Of a stretch of 64,000 nt of DNA, positions 52,278 to 64,000 are shown piece by piece (position 1 is the stretch's first letter; every line of letters begins with the position of its first letter). This stretch comes from Hydrolagus colliei. Its lineage: Eukaryota. The stretch is from NCBI GenBank assembly GCA_035084275.1, contig CM068750.1, forward strand, positions 6,758,001-6,822,000, in the 5' to 3' direction. A model generated the notes under the pieces. The model was not told the DNA's origin. It worked only from the letters and a program-made list of their open reading frames with translations, and did not search any database. A program made the translations under genes and the position numbers.

Positions 52278-54251
52278 GCACATTGAAATTGCCACAAACC
52301 AATGCTCGATGCAGTATATCAGCCTTCAAACTTCACAGGTTTCGATTTGCAGGCTTTTTGTCATACTTAACAGTGAGGAAATTATTTCTGAACCCCCGAA
52401 CAATCAGCCAACAATGATAATCCCTCCATTATTTCTTCATCTGTGATATCTGTGTTGCAGCTAGGGACAATGTAAACTGATTAACAACGTCTATATTCTC
52501 AATTCAATTGCCTTTCTTTTAAGACACACCATTTTTGCTTTTAAAAACACATGTATTTCTTTTGATCAAGGTTATGTGTGCTTCTTTTGATTAACAAAAT
52601 TATTTTTAAGGTATAAGTTTTCAAATTCAAGTTCAAGACGTGAAAAAAAATTGCTACAGAGGCATCTATAAAGAATCATCTGACAGAATCTGGGATCAAT
52701 GAATCATCTGCAGGAGGTATGATTTTAATATAGAGTCAGTTTCAGTTCTCTTTTGCAATATAACTTGCTCACAATCTGCACTATGACTCAGTCTCTTCAA
52801 CTTTAATTGGGAAATTGAAACAACTTCCAAGTCTAGAAATGTAATAGTCTGCCTTGTTGCATTGCAATAAAACAATGCTAAGTATACAACATCTTTTTCC
52901 ATGGAAACTACTTCAGAAGGTAATCGGAAAACATTTACTGATTCCATTCTCCCACTTCACTTTAAGACTTCAAAGCAACATTATATTGTTTATAGATGGG
53001 GTTTGAATGAAAAAAAGAACAAATTAGGCACATTTCTATTAGGAAATAATAAGTCAAAATAAAATATATAGTTTGGGACATGACATATCAATCGACAGCC
53101 AGGATAATAGAAGACAAATTCTTCTTTTGCCTAGCAAATTCTTATGTTCTCTTTCATTTCTTTTTTTCTCAACACAATACATACATGTGACACAATGGGC
53201 AGATTCCAAATCCATCTCTAGGTTTTGACCCTTTTAAGAAAATATCCTTGGTGCAGGTGCATCTCACAATGAAGGTAATGAGGGAATGAATGCCCAGGGT
53301 GTAAAGGTTATGCCCCTCTCAGTCTGGGATATGAGAGAAGGAGACATTCCACATCTGGTGGGGCAGGCAGAAAAGGCACTCTTGGCTTTAATAAAGTATT
53401 AAAATCACAGTCAAACTACAATAAAAAGAAAGTTATTTTAGGAACTACAGAACAAAAAACAACTTCAAAGCTAAGATTGAATTTAACAGTTTGCCAGACT
53501 GAGGATGCTCAGAAATTGCTGGGAAAATATAAATCTAGACCCAGATGGAATTTCCCCCCCATAGTTTAATAATCCCTAATCTAAAAGTTAGTCATTTTAT
53601 TGTACTTACTATTTAACAAGTGAATTAGGACAAATAGAACTATAGGTTGTTTAACATTCACATAATCACTTAAATAATGATGTCAGGCACAACTTCAAAA
53701 TCATAATTCAGCCATTTCAGATTTCCAGTTTAACTAACTGCAGAACACAATAATAATTTTTTGCTGAAGGCAGTGTTTTTGTTGTGACCTCATTTCAAAA
53801 GAATGCATTCAATATATACTGCAGGCAGCTGGAAGCCTTGTTATAGTAAACCTGTAGATACATGTCAACTGTAAGTAGGCTCTACTTAGTTATGTGAAAG
53901 AAAGAAAACATGCAGAGTTAGACATTAATATTAAAGTTAATATACTACAGTTTATAGTTAGCTAATCAGCTGCCCAACAAGCTCTACATAAAGCACTCAC
54001 TATATATTAGATAACAAATTCACACACAGTAATAGGGCTAAAAGAGAATTTTATAAATCCACATATTAATAATTACAATCATTGTGTTTGATGTGGCACC
54101 TATAACATGGAACATCCCAAAGCACTTTCTCTTGTAAAAAGCCGAAGGATTGAATTTACTGATGAAGATACCCTTCATTTATTTAATCTTTTGAAATGTA
54201 GATTTAATAGTAATTGTGCTTATGGAGTTTCTAATAGGGAGCTTGCCTGAC

Positions 54252-54368
54252 CTCCATTTCATTCCAAAAACTTCAAGTGAACTTATAGCTTTCCCAGTCT
54301 TGTCAATATCAATGTAATTCTGGTCAGCGACTTTTCGTAATTGTAGACTCTGTTCAATATCCCAAACA
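54252..54368 (-). pseudogene. NWD2-like (NACHT-WD40) exon, WD40 repeat region
   Basis: Polypyrimidine tract + cag acceptor, gt donor, 117 nt, phase 2/2. Peptide (S)VWDIEQSLQLRKVADQNYIDIDKTGKAISSLEVFGMKW resembles recalled NWD2 'SIWDID...NIDKTGKPIQSL'. Confidence 0.65.
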
Positions 54369-55479
54369 CTGAGCAGAGACAGGGAGAAAAAATCATAATC
54401 AGATTGAGCCAAACTAAATAGTTTACTGAATGAAATAAAGATGTATTGGTCTCTGCACGGTTACAATATCCAAATATAGAGCCTAAATATACCTCTGTTA
54501 CCATTTACAACAACAACAACAAAATTACATTTATATAGCACCTTTCACGTTGGGAGGACGTCCTAAAGCGCTGAACAATCAGGTCGGCACCAGGGCGGGG
54601 GCGGGAGGGATCGGGGTAGGGGGAAGGAGAGTAGGAGAATTTATGTATATGTGTGGGCGAAACGGTTACATTACAATACTACATTTTATTGTATGAAGAC
54701 ATGCCCTAATTCATTCTAACTAAATTATTTCCCTTGTCACTTCTTCCTCCGAGACACCTATCTAAGCCACTATTCCAAAAGATAAGGGTGTTCCTTGCAT
54801 TGTCCCAACCAATGCTGCAGTCCAACTGATAGTACCTTCACCATTAACGTCTCCCCACCCCACCTCCTCACCCCCTTTAGCTTCAAGACCCCTCTTAAGA
54901 ACTTTATTTCTTCAACCAAGCTTTGGACTACCTTCTCCTCCAAGGCCCTTCCAAGTTTGTGTTCCCAGGCAGCTGTGTGAAACGCTTTGGGATGTTTTCT
55001 TGACATGAAAGATCGGTCTAAATGTAATTTGTTATTATTGGAAATATACCTAATATGTCAAGGTTTTATTAGCTTTTAACAAAGTTTTCTCATCTTTAAA
55101 GGCATTTGTTCTGCCCCACAGCTAAACACTATCTTATTTACTTAGCACTGAAAAGATGTTCCTTTTTTTTGTTTATTTAGGTTATTATCTACACACCACA
55201 TCAGCAGGAACACATTCAATGCTCAAACATTCTAAAGACTCCCCATTCATTATGAAATGTGGAGTAAACTCCCAGGGAAAAATTCAATTTTGAATAAACA
55301 ACACAACCTTGCAGCATGGAAATCAGCCTAGAATGAAATTAACTTAGCCAAGGTGAAAGGAATGTGAGGTTGCTCACAAGATGCTTTGAAAAAAAACTAA
55401 GCTTTCAATTAAAATAGAAGGATGAATTGTACAGTTGTATAGTCACCAGCAGTTATTGGTAAAGCAAATGGATGAAGAC

Positions 55480-55826
55480 GTGATCTACAAAATTACCAAG
55501 GAACGGAGGATATAGAATTAAATTGAAGAAATCTTAACCCGGATAGAGAGCCCCCCTCCATCATCAAATATAGAACATTTGCAAGACATTATAAAGGAGA
55601 GCGTCCCAACAAAAGTAGTTGATGTTATATAGTACATTACAATTCCTTTGCAAAAAACAACATATCTGCTTGAAACAAATATTGGAGATTACACATTGGA
55701 GGCACAAATGAGCACAATAGGACCCTGTGATTTTTGTGATGATGGAAGGAGGTGCCAGAGGTGTCATGAGCAAAGGAAAGCTAATGCTTGACACCTCACA
55801 TGTGGAGAAGGATGACCATCTTGGAT
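55480..55826 (+). mobile_element. Decayed PIF/Harbinger transposase C-terminal relic
   Basis: One frame reads IYKITKERRI*N...PTKVVDVI...GEG*PSW, plus a shifted frame TLQFLCKK. This echoes Harbinger YRLSRARRxxEN / PxKVxxIV..C.LHNFLRK / GEGAVxW in the same order. Confidence 0.45.
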
Positions 55827-58800
55827 TTTATTTTAAACTTGATCAACTTCAGGAATAAGATGCTTGAATTTAGGAAGAATCTATTGTACACGCCAATATG
55901 TTTGAATGGGTTTGTGGCTCCATGATAGCGTGAGTTTTGCATATCTGTGGAGGCTTCTTGGCTGAAATGGTCTTTTTCATCCCTAAGTAATTAACAGAGG
56001 TTTAACTTTTGTTAACCTTAACCACATCCTGGAAAGAATTTCACAACAAACTTTTTAAAATGTAGAGGGCATTCCTCCAAATTTCATAATGGGAGTAAGT
56101 GTTCTCCACTCAAACTGTTTTCTTTGCATAACAGCTGCATGGGAAAACATGTAGAAGTAAATGCTCAGTGTACACTGCAGGTTTGGCAGTAATGGGCAAT
56201 TTTCTTGGTTTCAGAACCCTTCAAAGCAGTGTTAATAGACAACGCATTTCAAACCGCCCAAATCATTTTTAGTTCCCTTTGCTTCGGCACCAAGCCTGTA
56301 TTCCCTGACAAAAGGAACTCAATATGAAAGGAAAGAAAGGCCTGTTTCCGCCACGGCAACACAAACCTTTCTCTTCTACCTTCAGTCCAACATCTGTCAA
56401 TAACCTCTGAATGTAAGGCATACCTGCTTTCCGTAGATTTCTTCTCTTACAAGTAACTTATCCATGAAGCCGAGAATTACAATTATAAATACAACTGATG
56501 TCATTGAAATGTTACTTTTCTTACTAATGGAAAGTTTTCAATGGAATCTTGAAATGAACACTAAGTATGTACCAAGGGATACATTTAGCTAGTCTGATAC
56601 ATACTATTATTGCCTGCTGACATGATTACCCATACTAGTTTCTAAATTCTTTCCGACCTTTTGTCTTTAGTATTTTCTGGGCAACAGCAAACCATTGGAT
56701 CTGATTGAAAATGAGAAAGCCCCAAAAGTCAGACAAAAGGTCAGAAAGCCAAAAGCCAATTTGGGTAACTTTTTCCCACAATTTATTTCAGCATATTGTA
56801 ATAAATTATGATATTTCTGTTGCAGCTTCTCGTTTGTGAAAAATGCAATTTTTCACAATACCATGTGATTTTAGAACAACTCCTCCAATTATGTCATCCA
56901 TGCCCACTATTTAAACAAAACTATTTTGTACACAAGGAAGGATGTCAAACTTAATGGTGCCAAGTCTCCTTTCTCCATTGGTTGCTGACAATAAACAAGC
57001 TTGAATAAAGTGAATTTGGGTAGCCTCAATCCATTTCAGATCAAATTATAAGTGTCCTACAGGATTTCCGTAGCTTTATCTGTTTTTAATTATAAGTAAA
57101 ATAGATTATTGTGAAAGTCTAATTAGATCATCTGCCGCTACTGGTGATCAAAACTGACAAGCAGTTTGATGCTGTGGTGGGGGGGAATGGTAGATTGGTG
57201 TAGGACGAAGGTCAGAAATGTACACAGAAACAAATTCTGGAAAGATGTACGTCTTATCTCAGGTGTACCATCTCAAAGACCTTAAGGGTTCAAGAATAGA
57301 AGGACACACAAAAGACCAGAAGTCATTGTTGTTGGCATCAGGCAGTGAAGAGAAACACAGTATTGTGCTACTTTTATCGTTCACAAAATACAGTCATTAC
57401 ACTTCACAGTATATTCTGCAAAACGCTTTAAGATGTCTTGAAGACTTGATTAAGCCGCTTTCTGAACTGCAAAGATCATTATTATTAGATATATTAAGCA
57501 ACTCTATAAACTCATAAACGGCACTGGTGATGATGGAATTAATCTCTTCTCTCTATTTACCCTAACCAAAAACCTTGTTTTGTGGTGTTTGCAGCATATT
57601 AAAAAAAATTGAAACCCTCAGCGGTAGGTTCTCATAACAGTGAGTTATGTGGATTGCAAGTTAATGCAGCTGTGGGATAGTTCGGTTCACACTGCATTTT
57701 CTATTCATCTGGTTCTGGTTTCAGTTTCTTTCTGAGGAAGTGTTTGTTCTTTTCCAATTCCTTAGCATGAGAACATATTGTGTCTGGCTGGTGGAAAGTC
57801 GTTGTTATTGGCATCAGGCAGTGAAGGGACAACTGTGTTGTGCCCAGTGTTTGTTGTTGTGAAATGTAGCTGGTCAACGGGGGTGGAAAAAGGAATTCTC
57901 TTTGCTTTGGAAAGGCAAACAGTAAAATGGATTTGGCAGATATCAGTAATCTAAACAAACACATATTTTACTGAGCTTTTAATCAGATTGAAGAGAAGCC
58001 ACCATATGGTACTCATTATGTTGGAATCTTAACAAGGATTTGGAATATTAAACTGGAGCACAGAAGAGTAGAAAAGTTTGAAGGACAATATAATGCCGGG
58101 AATGAAAAGGTTCATGGATTCTGTAGAAAGGGGTTGGAAAGTGTCTCTCTATACTCTTTCCCCCCAACAAAAAGGCAACCAGCAAAACTCCAGCATACCA
58201 ATCTCACCTCACAACCTGCAGAGTTCACCCATAACCAGGTCTCTTTTTGGTGAGACATTGCCACGATTTTGATAGCTCAGAAACATTGTATTTACCGGCA
58301 TTTATCCCAACAACTCTGAATCTCTAGCCTCGTCAAATGGCCATCTAATTTGTATTTTTAACCGTGTATAAGTTGCACCAGCAGAAAGTATAGTCTGCAC
58401 ATTTATTATTTAGGAGGGGGGAAAAACTGCTTCTTTTTCTGGATATGCACTGGGATGATACCAGGGATAAGGATATCAAATGTGTGGAGCTGGTTGGGAC
58501 TGTTAGCTTTCCGAGACGTTACCTGTGAAGAGGCCATTATATGGCTGTTTTGCCCACAAATATAGTCAATTTACTGTACAGTATATTCTGTGAAGCACTT
58601 AGAGATCTCTAGAAGATGTGACAAGCGCTATATCAAATGCAAGGTTTATTATTTTATTATCGTATAAATGCAAGTTGCTGTTGTGAGACCGAGAGAGTTT
58701 CAAGTTTTTTTTTAATGCTGGCAAACAATGCAAATACTGGGAAAGAGCAAGGAGTGAGATTCTAGAATCATTGGAAACAGAGAATAGGTTGATTCACTCT

Positions 58801-58869
58801 GCAGCACTATAAAGATTGGAATTGAATTACACCTTCTCTCCCATTAGTCCCTTGAATGCCCTAAAAGGT

Positions 58870-59178
58870 TTTAGAGCATTTTACTAATGACCAGTTTTTA
58901 ATAATAATGTGAAAGGCTTGATTTCAGAATGCTTTGCTTCCTGCTTTGCATCGCTCCATTTCCAGGAAAATACACAAAACATTAGAATCAGAGAATGTCA
59001 GACCGGAGCTCAGACAATTTCAGCAAATAACTGTTCATCTCTAATGGCTTTCTTCTGTGCTGTACACCATGACCGTCTTTGTAAAGCACTCAGAGACAAT
59101 TATCCCACATGAGGGGCAATACATAAATGCATCTTGTTGTAATTGCAGAATGGAACATGTCTCTATAGTGTTTTGTAC
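58870..59178 (-). pseudogene. Disrupted NWD2-like exon (stops and an L2-tail insertion)
   Basis: Acceptor 'ctttacttctccag|' at 59178, then KHYRDMFHSAI, then an L2 tail with a TTGTAA duplication (59079-84/59137-42). Further on, VFSWKWSDAKQEAKHSEIKPFTLLLKTGH** versus recalled NWD2 'KHNERFISAV...VFFWRRDTGQCMASLQEISGSIVKLVKSSHHN'. TAG TAA at 58886-58881. Confidence 0.5.
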
Positions 59179-62064
59179 CTGGAGAAGTAAAGGTTCGGGG
59201 TGAACAAGGGGTGATAATATTTATATAGAAACAAGGAGAGACAGAGACAGTATAGTAATGCAGATGGAAAATACAGTAAATACATTTCTAAACTGAGACA
59301 GAATAAGAATAACAAATTGACATTTGTATACCTTTCATGTCGGGAGGACATAAGGTTTAATACGCAGAGATTCTAGTACATCAATCAAGCCTGGTTTTGG
59401 AAGGACATCAGCCCATTATTCAAAATAATAATAATCCTTGCATTTGATATAACACCTTATCACCTCTTTGTGATGCTTCAAAGCACTCCACAGAATACAC
59501 TGTAAAGCAGAATAACTATATTCTGTAATCAGATTACAATTCTGATTCTCATCAGGTAACAATTATGCGATTAACTTATTATTTGAGAATATTGTAAATA
59601 TGGTCTGAATAAACCAACAGAGAATAGACTTTTATTCTTTCTACTGAAGATATTTTGAAACAGCTATTATTATTATTATTTGAATACTATTTCCATCAAC
59701 ATCCCTGCCTCATTTGGCTTGTTTCATAATATATGTCACTTTCTTTTTTTTGTAACTTAATTTGTGTCCAAATTAATTTGTGTCCAAAGTTTCCATATTA
59801 ATATTATTTGCATCTATTGTGTAATCAGTTGGGTTTTAATGGAAGTTTTTTTTAACTCACTGATGTATTAAATTCTTTGCCTTCCTCAGTCACTTTGGCT
59901 TGCCGACATTTCTGTAGCATCAGTCATCGAAATGATTCAGCACCAGTTCACTATGACATTGAGGGCATTAATCATCTTCTTATTAATTCATAAAACACAA
60001 TGCTACTGTGAGGTTACAATAATAATTCTTGCATTTGGTGTATTTCACCTCAAGAGACCATCTCAAGGCCATCTTCACGGGACATACAATTTAATGACCT
60101 CATATTTTATAAGCAAAAGTGGCAGCAAATGTCACACAATAATGTCTCACAAACAAGTCATGAAGTGAATGACCAATTTTACCTGGGAGGATTGTTAACT
60201 AGCACATTGAAAGAAACTCCTTTCTCTTTTTGAATAGTGCATTTAATGCTCACATAAACAAGAGCAGGACCTCAGTTCTGCACAATGTCTTTCCTAATCC
60301 CACTTAAATTCAACTTTAATATTGTCAATGGAGTCTAATATCTTCCAACAGTATTCCTTAATATAGAAACCAGATGTGCATCACTCTTGATTCAGAAGAA
60401 CTCTGCTCCAACACAATCTACTTTCACAGTGAGGTTAGTAGGTTAGAACTCAGTATTTTTGAAGTCACCATTCAAATTCCTTATTACCCAATCAAAATGA
60501 CTGGCTACCAGAAGCTGATTGATGCCAATTTGTGAGGGGAGGAGTAAATTCCCCCAATATTTTGTACCTATTAACCAAGGTCCAACGTCTATAGCTTCAG
60601 TAACATTAGCAGAAAAAAATCTATAGTTATTAGCAGGAGAGAGATGAAACCCTTTCACCAATACTAATGGAATGTCAATTATTTTAAGCACTTGTGCTGT
60701 GAGGGCATATAGATAATGCAGTAATGTTTTTAATATTTATTATTGCAATTAACCTACATTTGCAGGCTATAGTTTGTACTGGTAGTTGGTGGAGAAGAAG
60801 CTTGTTTAGCACCACTAATGGAGTAGAGTGTCTATTACCTTTAAACCCTCATGTTCTGAGGATCACGTACTGTAAATTTTTAATAGAGCAATTAACCTGA
60901 TCATTCCTTTACAATAGGTTTTCTGACAAATTGACACATTTTAAGAACTTAATGTTCTAAAGCTTACAAGGGATTTTCTTAATTATTTATCTTCACTTGA
61001 ATTACAGTATTACAGTAATCCTTGTTTGATTTAGTGAAAAATTTCAGAGTGCTTCACGGGATTTTCTGTAAAGTGTAAAATATTTGTACATAAAAGTGGT
61101 AACATGTATGCAAAAGGTGATGTCCCACAAACAGCAATAGATAAATGGTCAATTCTATCGGGAGGATTGTTGGCCAGGGCATTATAAGAAACTTAAAAAG
61201 TGTCATTACAGATGGGAGCTCAGTTTGAAATCTCATCCAAGGGTCAGCACCTCCTAGAACTGCATTCGAGGGTCAGACTAGACTGATGTGTGGTTTGAAG
61301 CCATAACCGTTTGATTCAGAGACAAGACTTCTACCAGCTGAGAGGGGTTGCCTAAATTAAATAAGATACCCGATTATTCGGCACAGGATTTGATTTGAGA
61401 ACAGCACCAAGTTTTCAATCTTGGTAGAGTCTTTGCTTGACGTTTCCCACACTCTAAACAGTGAGGTAATTTATACACATGGAAACATTCAATTCTTTTG
61501 GAATGAATTTGGCACTTCTGATCATGTTAATAAGCCAAAATATCAGCACAACCATATGCTCAAACCGCCTGGCATGCAAAGGAGACAGAATCTGTTTTCG
61601 TAATCACACTTTAATGAATGGATACAGATTTTGTTAAAAAAAAGCAGACCTGATGGAGACTTGCAATAAACTACTGAGAAACTTTAACCATTGTGACACA
61701 TCATGGGGTATTTACTAAAATTAAGTGTTGAAAAGGTCAAAATCTCTGAGTCAATTATTAATGCCTAAGAATGGTGAGGGGTGTTAACTTTTTATCCCCT
61801 GGATAAACTATCAAGATATGAAGTGACTTCTACCCAGGTTCATTGTTCAAATCAGGAAATGACTTCAATTTGACGCCGACATTTCAATGGCAAAAATGTT
61901 AAAATGTTATTCTCCCTGAAGATCTAACCTGGGTGGGAGGGATGGAGATACAGTAAGCATCAATTTTAAAAATGTAGAATTTTAAAAGCCTGTGATTACT
62001 TCATAATGTTGTAACAAGTCTAATTTGTTAAACAGTCTTCTAGAGTAGAAAAGCATTGTCTTAC

Positions 62065-62228
62065 TTGTAGCTGCAGCTGGAACATTGCAATCGGTTGTGT
62101 CATTCACAGCTGCACAATTATTTTCAAATAAACAGTCATGGTATAAATTGCGAACATATTCTGGCTGATACATATTCCAACAAAATCCTGAACTGTTCCC
62201 CAAATCATCTATTAAACCATCTACCAGT
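62065..62228 (-). pseudogene. Putative NWD2-like exon (WD40-like)
   Basis: Acceptor 'ctccttttcttag|', donor |gtaag, single open frame LVDGLIDDLGNSSGFCWNMYQPEYVRNLYHDCLFENNCAAV... (WN...DCxxE pattern as in NWD2). Its phase-1 end fits the 59178 acceptor. Confidence 0.45.
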
Positions 62229-63544
62229 CTAAGAAAAGGAGACTTGTTCACTTTCACTGTAAGTGATTTTCCCCATAATGTAGGTATGAAAAGATATGGA
62301 AAGATAAGATAAGATAAGGAAAGATATGTCTTCTTTGAGACTTGCATTCAAATCTCTCAAAAGCAGGATGCATTATTTCTCAGTAGAATTCTCTCTTGCA
62401 CTCAATTGGTCCTTATATTACCTTTGGTTTCGTATCAAAATATCACAAAACAGTAGTCATTTGACACTGTCCCATTTAGCAAAACACAAGTCAGGTTCAG
62501 ATTTTCATGTGTGAATGCAGAAGTAGGCCAGAGCTACACAAGACCTCAAATATGCACCTTCATGCCAGAAAGGAAAATCAGGCTCGCTATCCCAGTGAAA
62601 TTATCAATGAGCCTTTTATGTAGGTTTACAGAAAGTGACAGCAATGCACTGTCATGCACGCACGCACCAGATATTAACACAGAGTTCTTAGTGAGTCGCT
62701 GTCTACAGCGACTTTGCGACAAATGTAGATGTTGTAAACAATTCCTTAAGAAACAACGGTCATAGTAGAAACAATATGTGGCATCTAAAGCAATTCTCCT
62801 TCTCATTATAACTACAATTTTTAAATATTCTGTCATGAGAGAATTGCTCTTCAGTGCACCACTGCACTTCCTTATGTTAAGACAGCCTTTGGGATGAGAG
62901 GTTGAACCCAGTTTAAACTAAGAGTTCATGTGTGCTAGTTGCCATGTGCGAGAACAGTGAAAATGTTAGAACAGTGAAAATGTTAGAAGAATCGGCAAAG
63001 ACAGCAAAGGTCATTTTCGTTACACTAAGTGTAAATTTCTTATCCGTGAACATAAGGTTGATAGTGATTTCCTCAGGTGCAGTGATGGTATAACCTTTCT
63101 TGTCTCTAACAAGACTACAAAAATCATCCAGTGAAATGCTCCAGCATTCAATAACTCAAAGCTATTATTCTTGGAATGTAGAGGTGATTAACAACCTTTC
63201 CCCTTCTTTTAAGTTTAACTTACCAAATTGACAAACCTCAAAAGGAAACCGCCTGCAAAATAATATTTTCCACTTTAGAGAAATGGGAAGCAAGACAACA
63301 ATCAGATTCAGATGTCATTCAACACACACATCACCAAAACACTTGCGTCTATTTTTATCTCGAAATAGAGGAAATCTGCCTTCTCTGATCTCAAATGCAT
63401 CAACGTACTACACTCGAGATCCAATATTGCAAAGCAATGATGCAATACCCTGAGCTGTGTCTGAAATCTAAGCAACATGTGAGTTATTTCACAAACATCA
63501 TGGAAACCACCAACAACGATTCATTTATTTACCAAATCACTGAC

Positions 63545-64000
63545 TAATGGTGGGGTGAAGCAGGTGGGAAGCATGAAGCAGGCTGCTGTTGGTAGAGCAC
63601 AGTGGATGGCCAAGACAGCAGGGGAGCAAGAGAGAGGGCGAGGCAAAGCCATAGGGGTACTTATAATGATTAGGATCCTAAAGTTGAACTACTGCAAAAT
63701 GGGGACAGAAAAAGAGAATTGTAGAGCAGTAGAGAATAACTTTGAACTAGACATAGTGAAGGATAGTCAACTGCGTTAAAGGCAGCAGAGAGATTGTGAA
63801 AGACAAGGAGCCCTAGTCACCAGCAGAGAGTACGTTGTGTTAAGATGCTGACTGGAGTCGTCGATACTGCGGGCGTGGCTGCTGCCAAATTTGAGTGACT
63901 CATACAACAACACAGGGTGTGGGGAAGGAAAGGAGCAAAGTTTGAAGGCAATGAAGCATTTCAGTACCTTGGAAAGGAAGGGCAGGTTGCAGATGTTGTG
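63545..64000 (-). mobile_element. Old L2 fragment
   Basis: Degenerate similarity to L2 C-terminal coding sequence ('aggatcctaaagttgaact'). Confidence 0.5.

Noticed and set aside
51869-52417. 182-aa ORF and the many 60-120 aa ORFs containing IQSIHFTVYSVKxFETS
   Set aside because: Translations of the non-coding SINE.
52696-52833. Candidate exon (LEVVSISQLKLKRLSHSADCEQV...) possibly joined through a GC donor at 54245
   Set aside because: Direct splicing 54252>51406 is in phase and restores the NWD2-like alignment without it; no clear homology.
62546-62745. 96-aa ORF as an upstream NWD-like exon; 9-bp hairpin at 62694-62713
   Set aside because: Best donor is out of phase with the 62228 acceptor, and there is no recognisable motif. 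Short hairpins of this size (also 46878-46898, 37991-38010) cannot be assigned a function.
8363-62990. Short tandem duplications (8363-8400, 31633-31667, 59757-59789, 62951-62988) and recurring SINE tails as a CRISPR-like array
   Set aside because: Ordinary slippage duplications and dispersed retroposons in a vertebrate genome; no regular repeat-spacer periodicity.
45000-64000. TXNDC16, GPR137C or ERO1A expected from human synteny
   Set aside because: I found no peptide resembling these genes; the exon-like pieces fit NWD-type WD40 repeats instead.

Overview
AT-rich vertebrate genomic DNA. The repeat content (one very abundant tRNA-headed SINE with an L2-type tail, L2 and CR1 LINEs, Deu-domain SINEs, shark-type Penelope termini) points to a cartilaginous fish, probably a holocephalan such as Callorhinchus milii (inference). 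Two intact two-coding-exon prostanoid GPCR genes lie in tandem on the + strand: a PTGDR/DP1-like gene (CDS 13426-14217 + 23903-24112, 333 aa) and a PTGER2/EP2-like gene (CDS 40008-40787 + 41990-42244, 344 aa). This is the same order as at the mammalian locus. Downstream, on the - strand, collinear, partly phase-compatible exon remnants (about 50.8-62.2 kb) encode WD40 repeats resembling NWD2 (NACHT-WD40, STAND class). They carry stops, an apparent frameshift and a retroposon insertion, so this looks like a decayed intron-rich NWD2-like paralog. Other notable items: a perfect 81-bp inverted repeat with a TAA target-site-like duplication upstream of PTGER2, a minimal Penelope hammerhead ribozyme motif in the PTGDR intron, AT-to-GC-skewed SINE copies beside both GC-rich first exons, a perfect DR4 nuclear-receptor element 5' of PTGER2, and a Harbinger transposase relic. 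All homology calls were made by eye against reference sequences recalled from memory; no searches were run.
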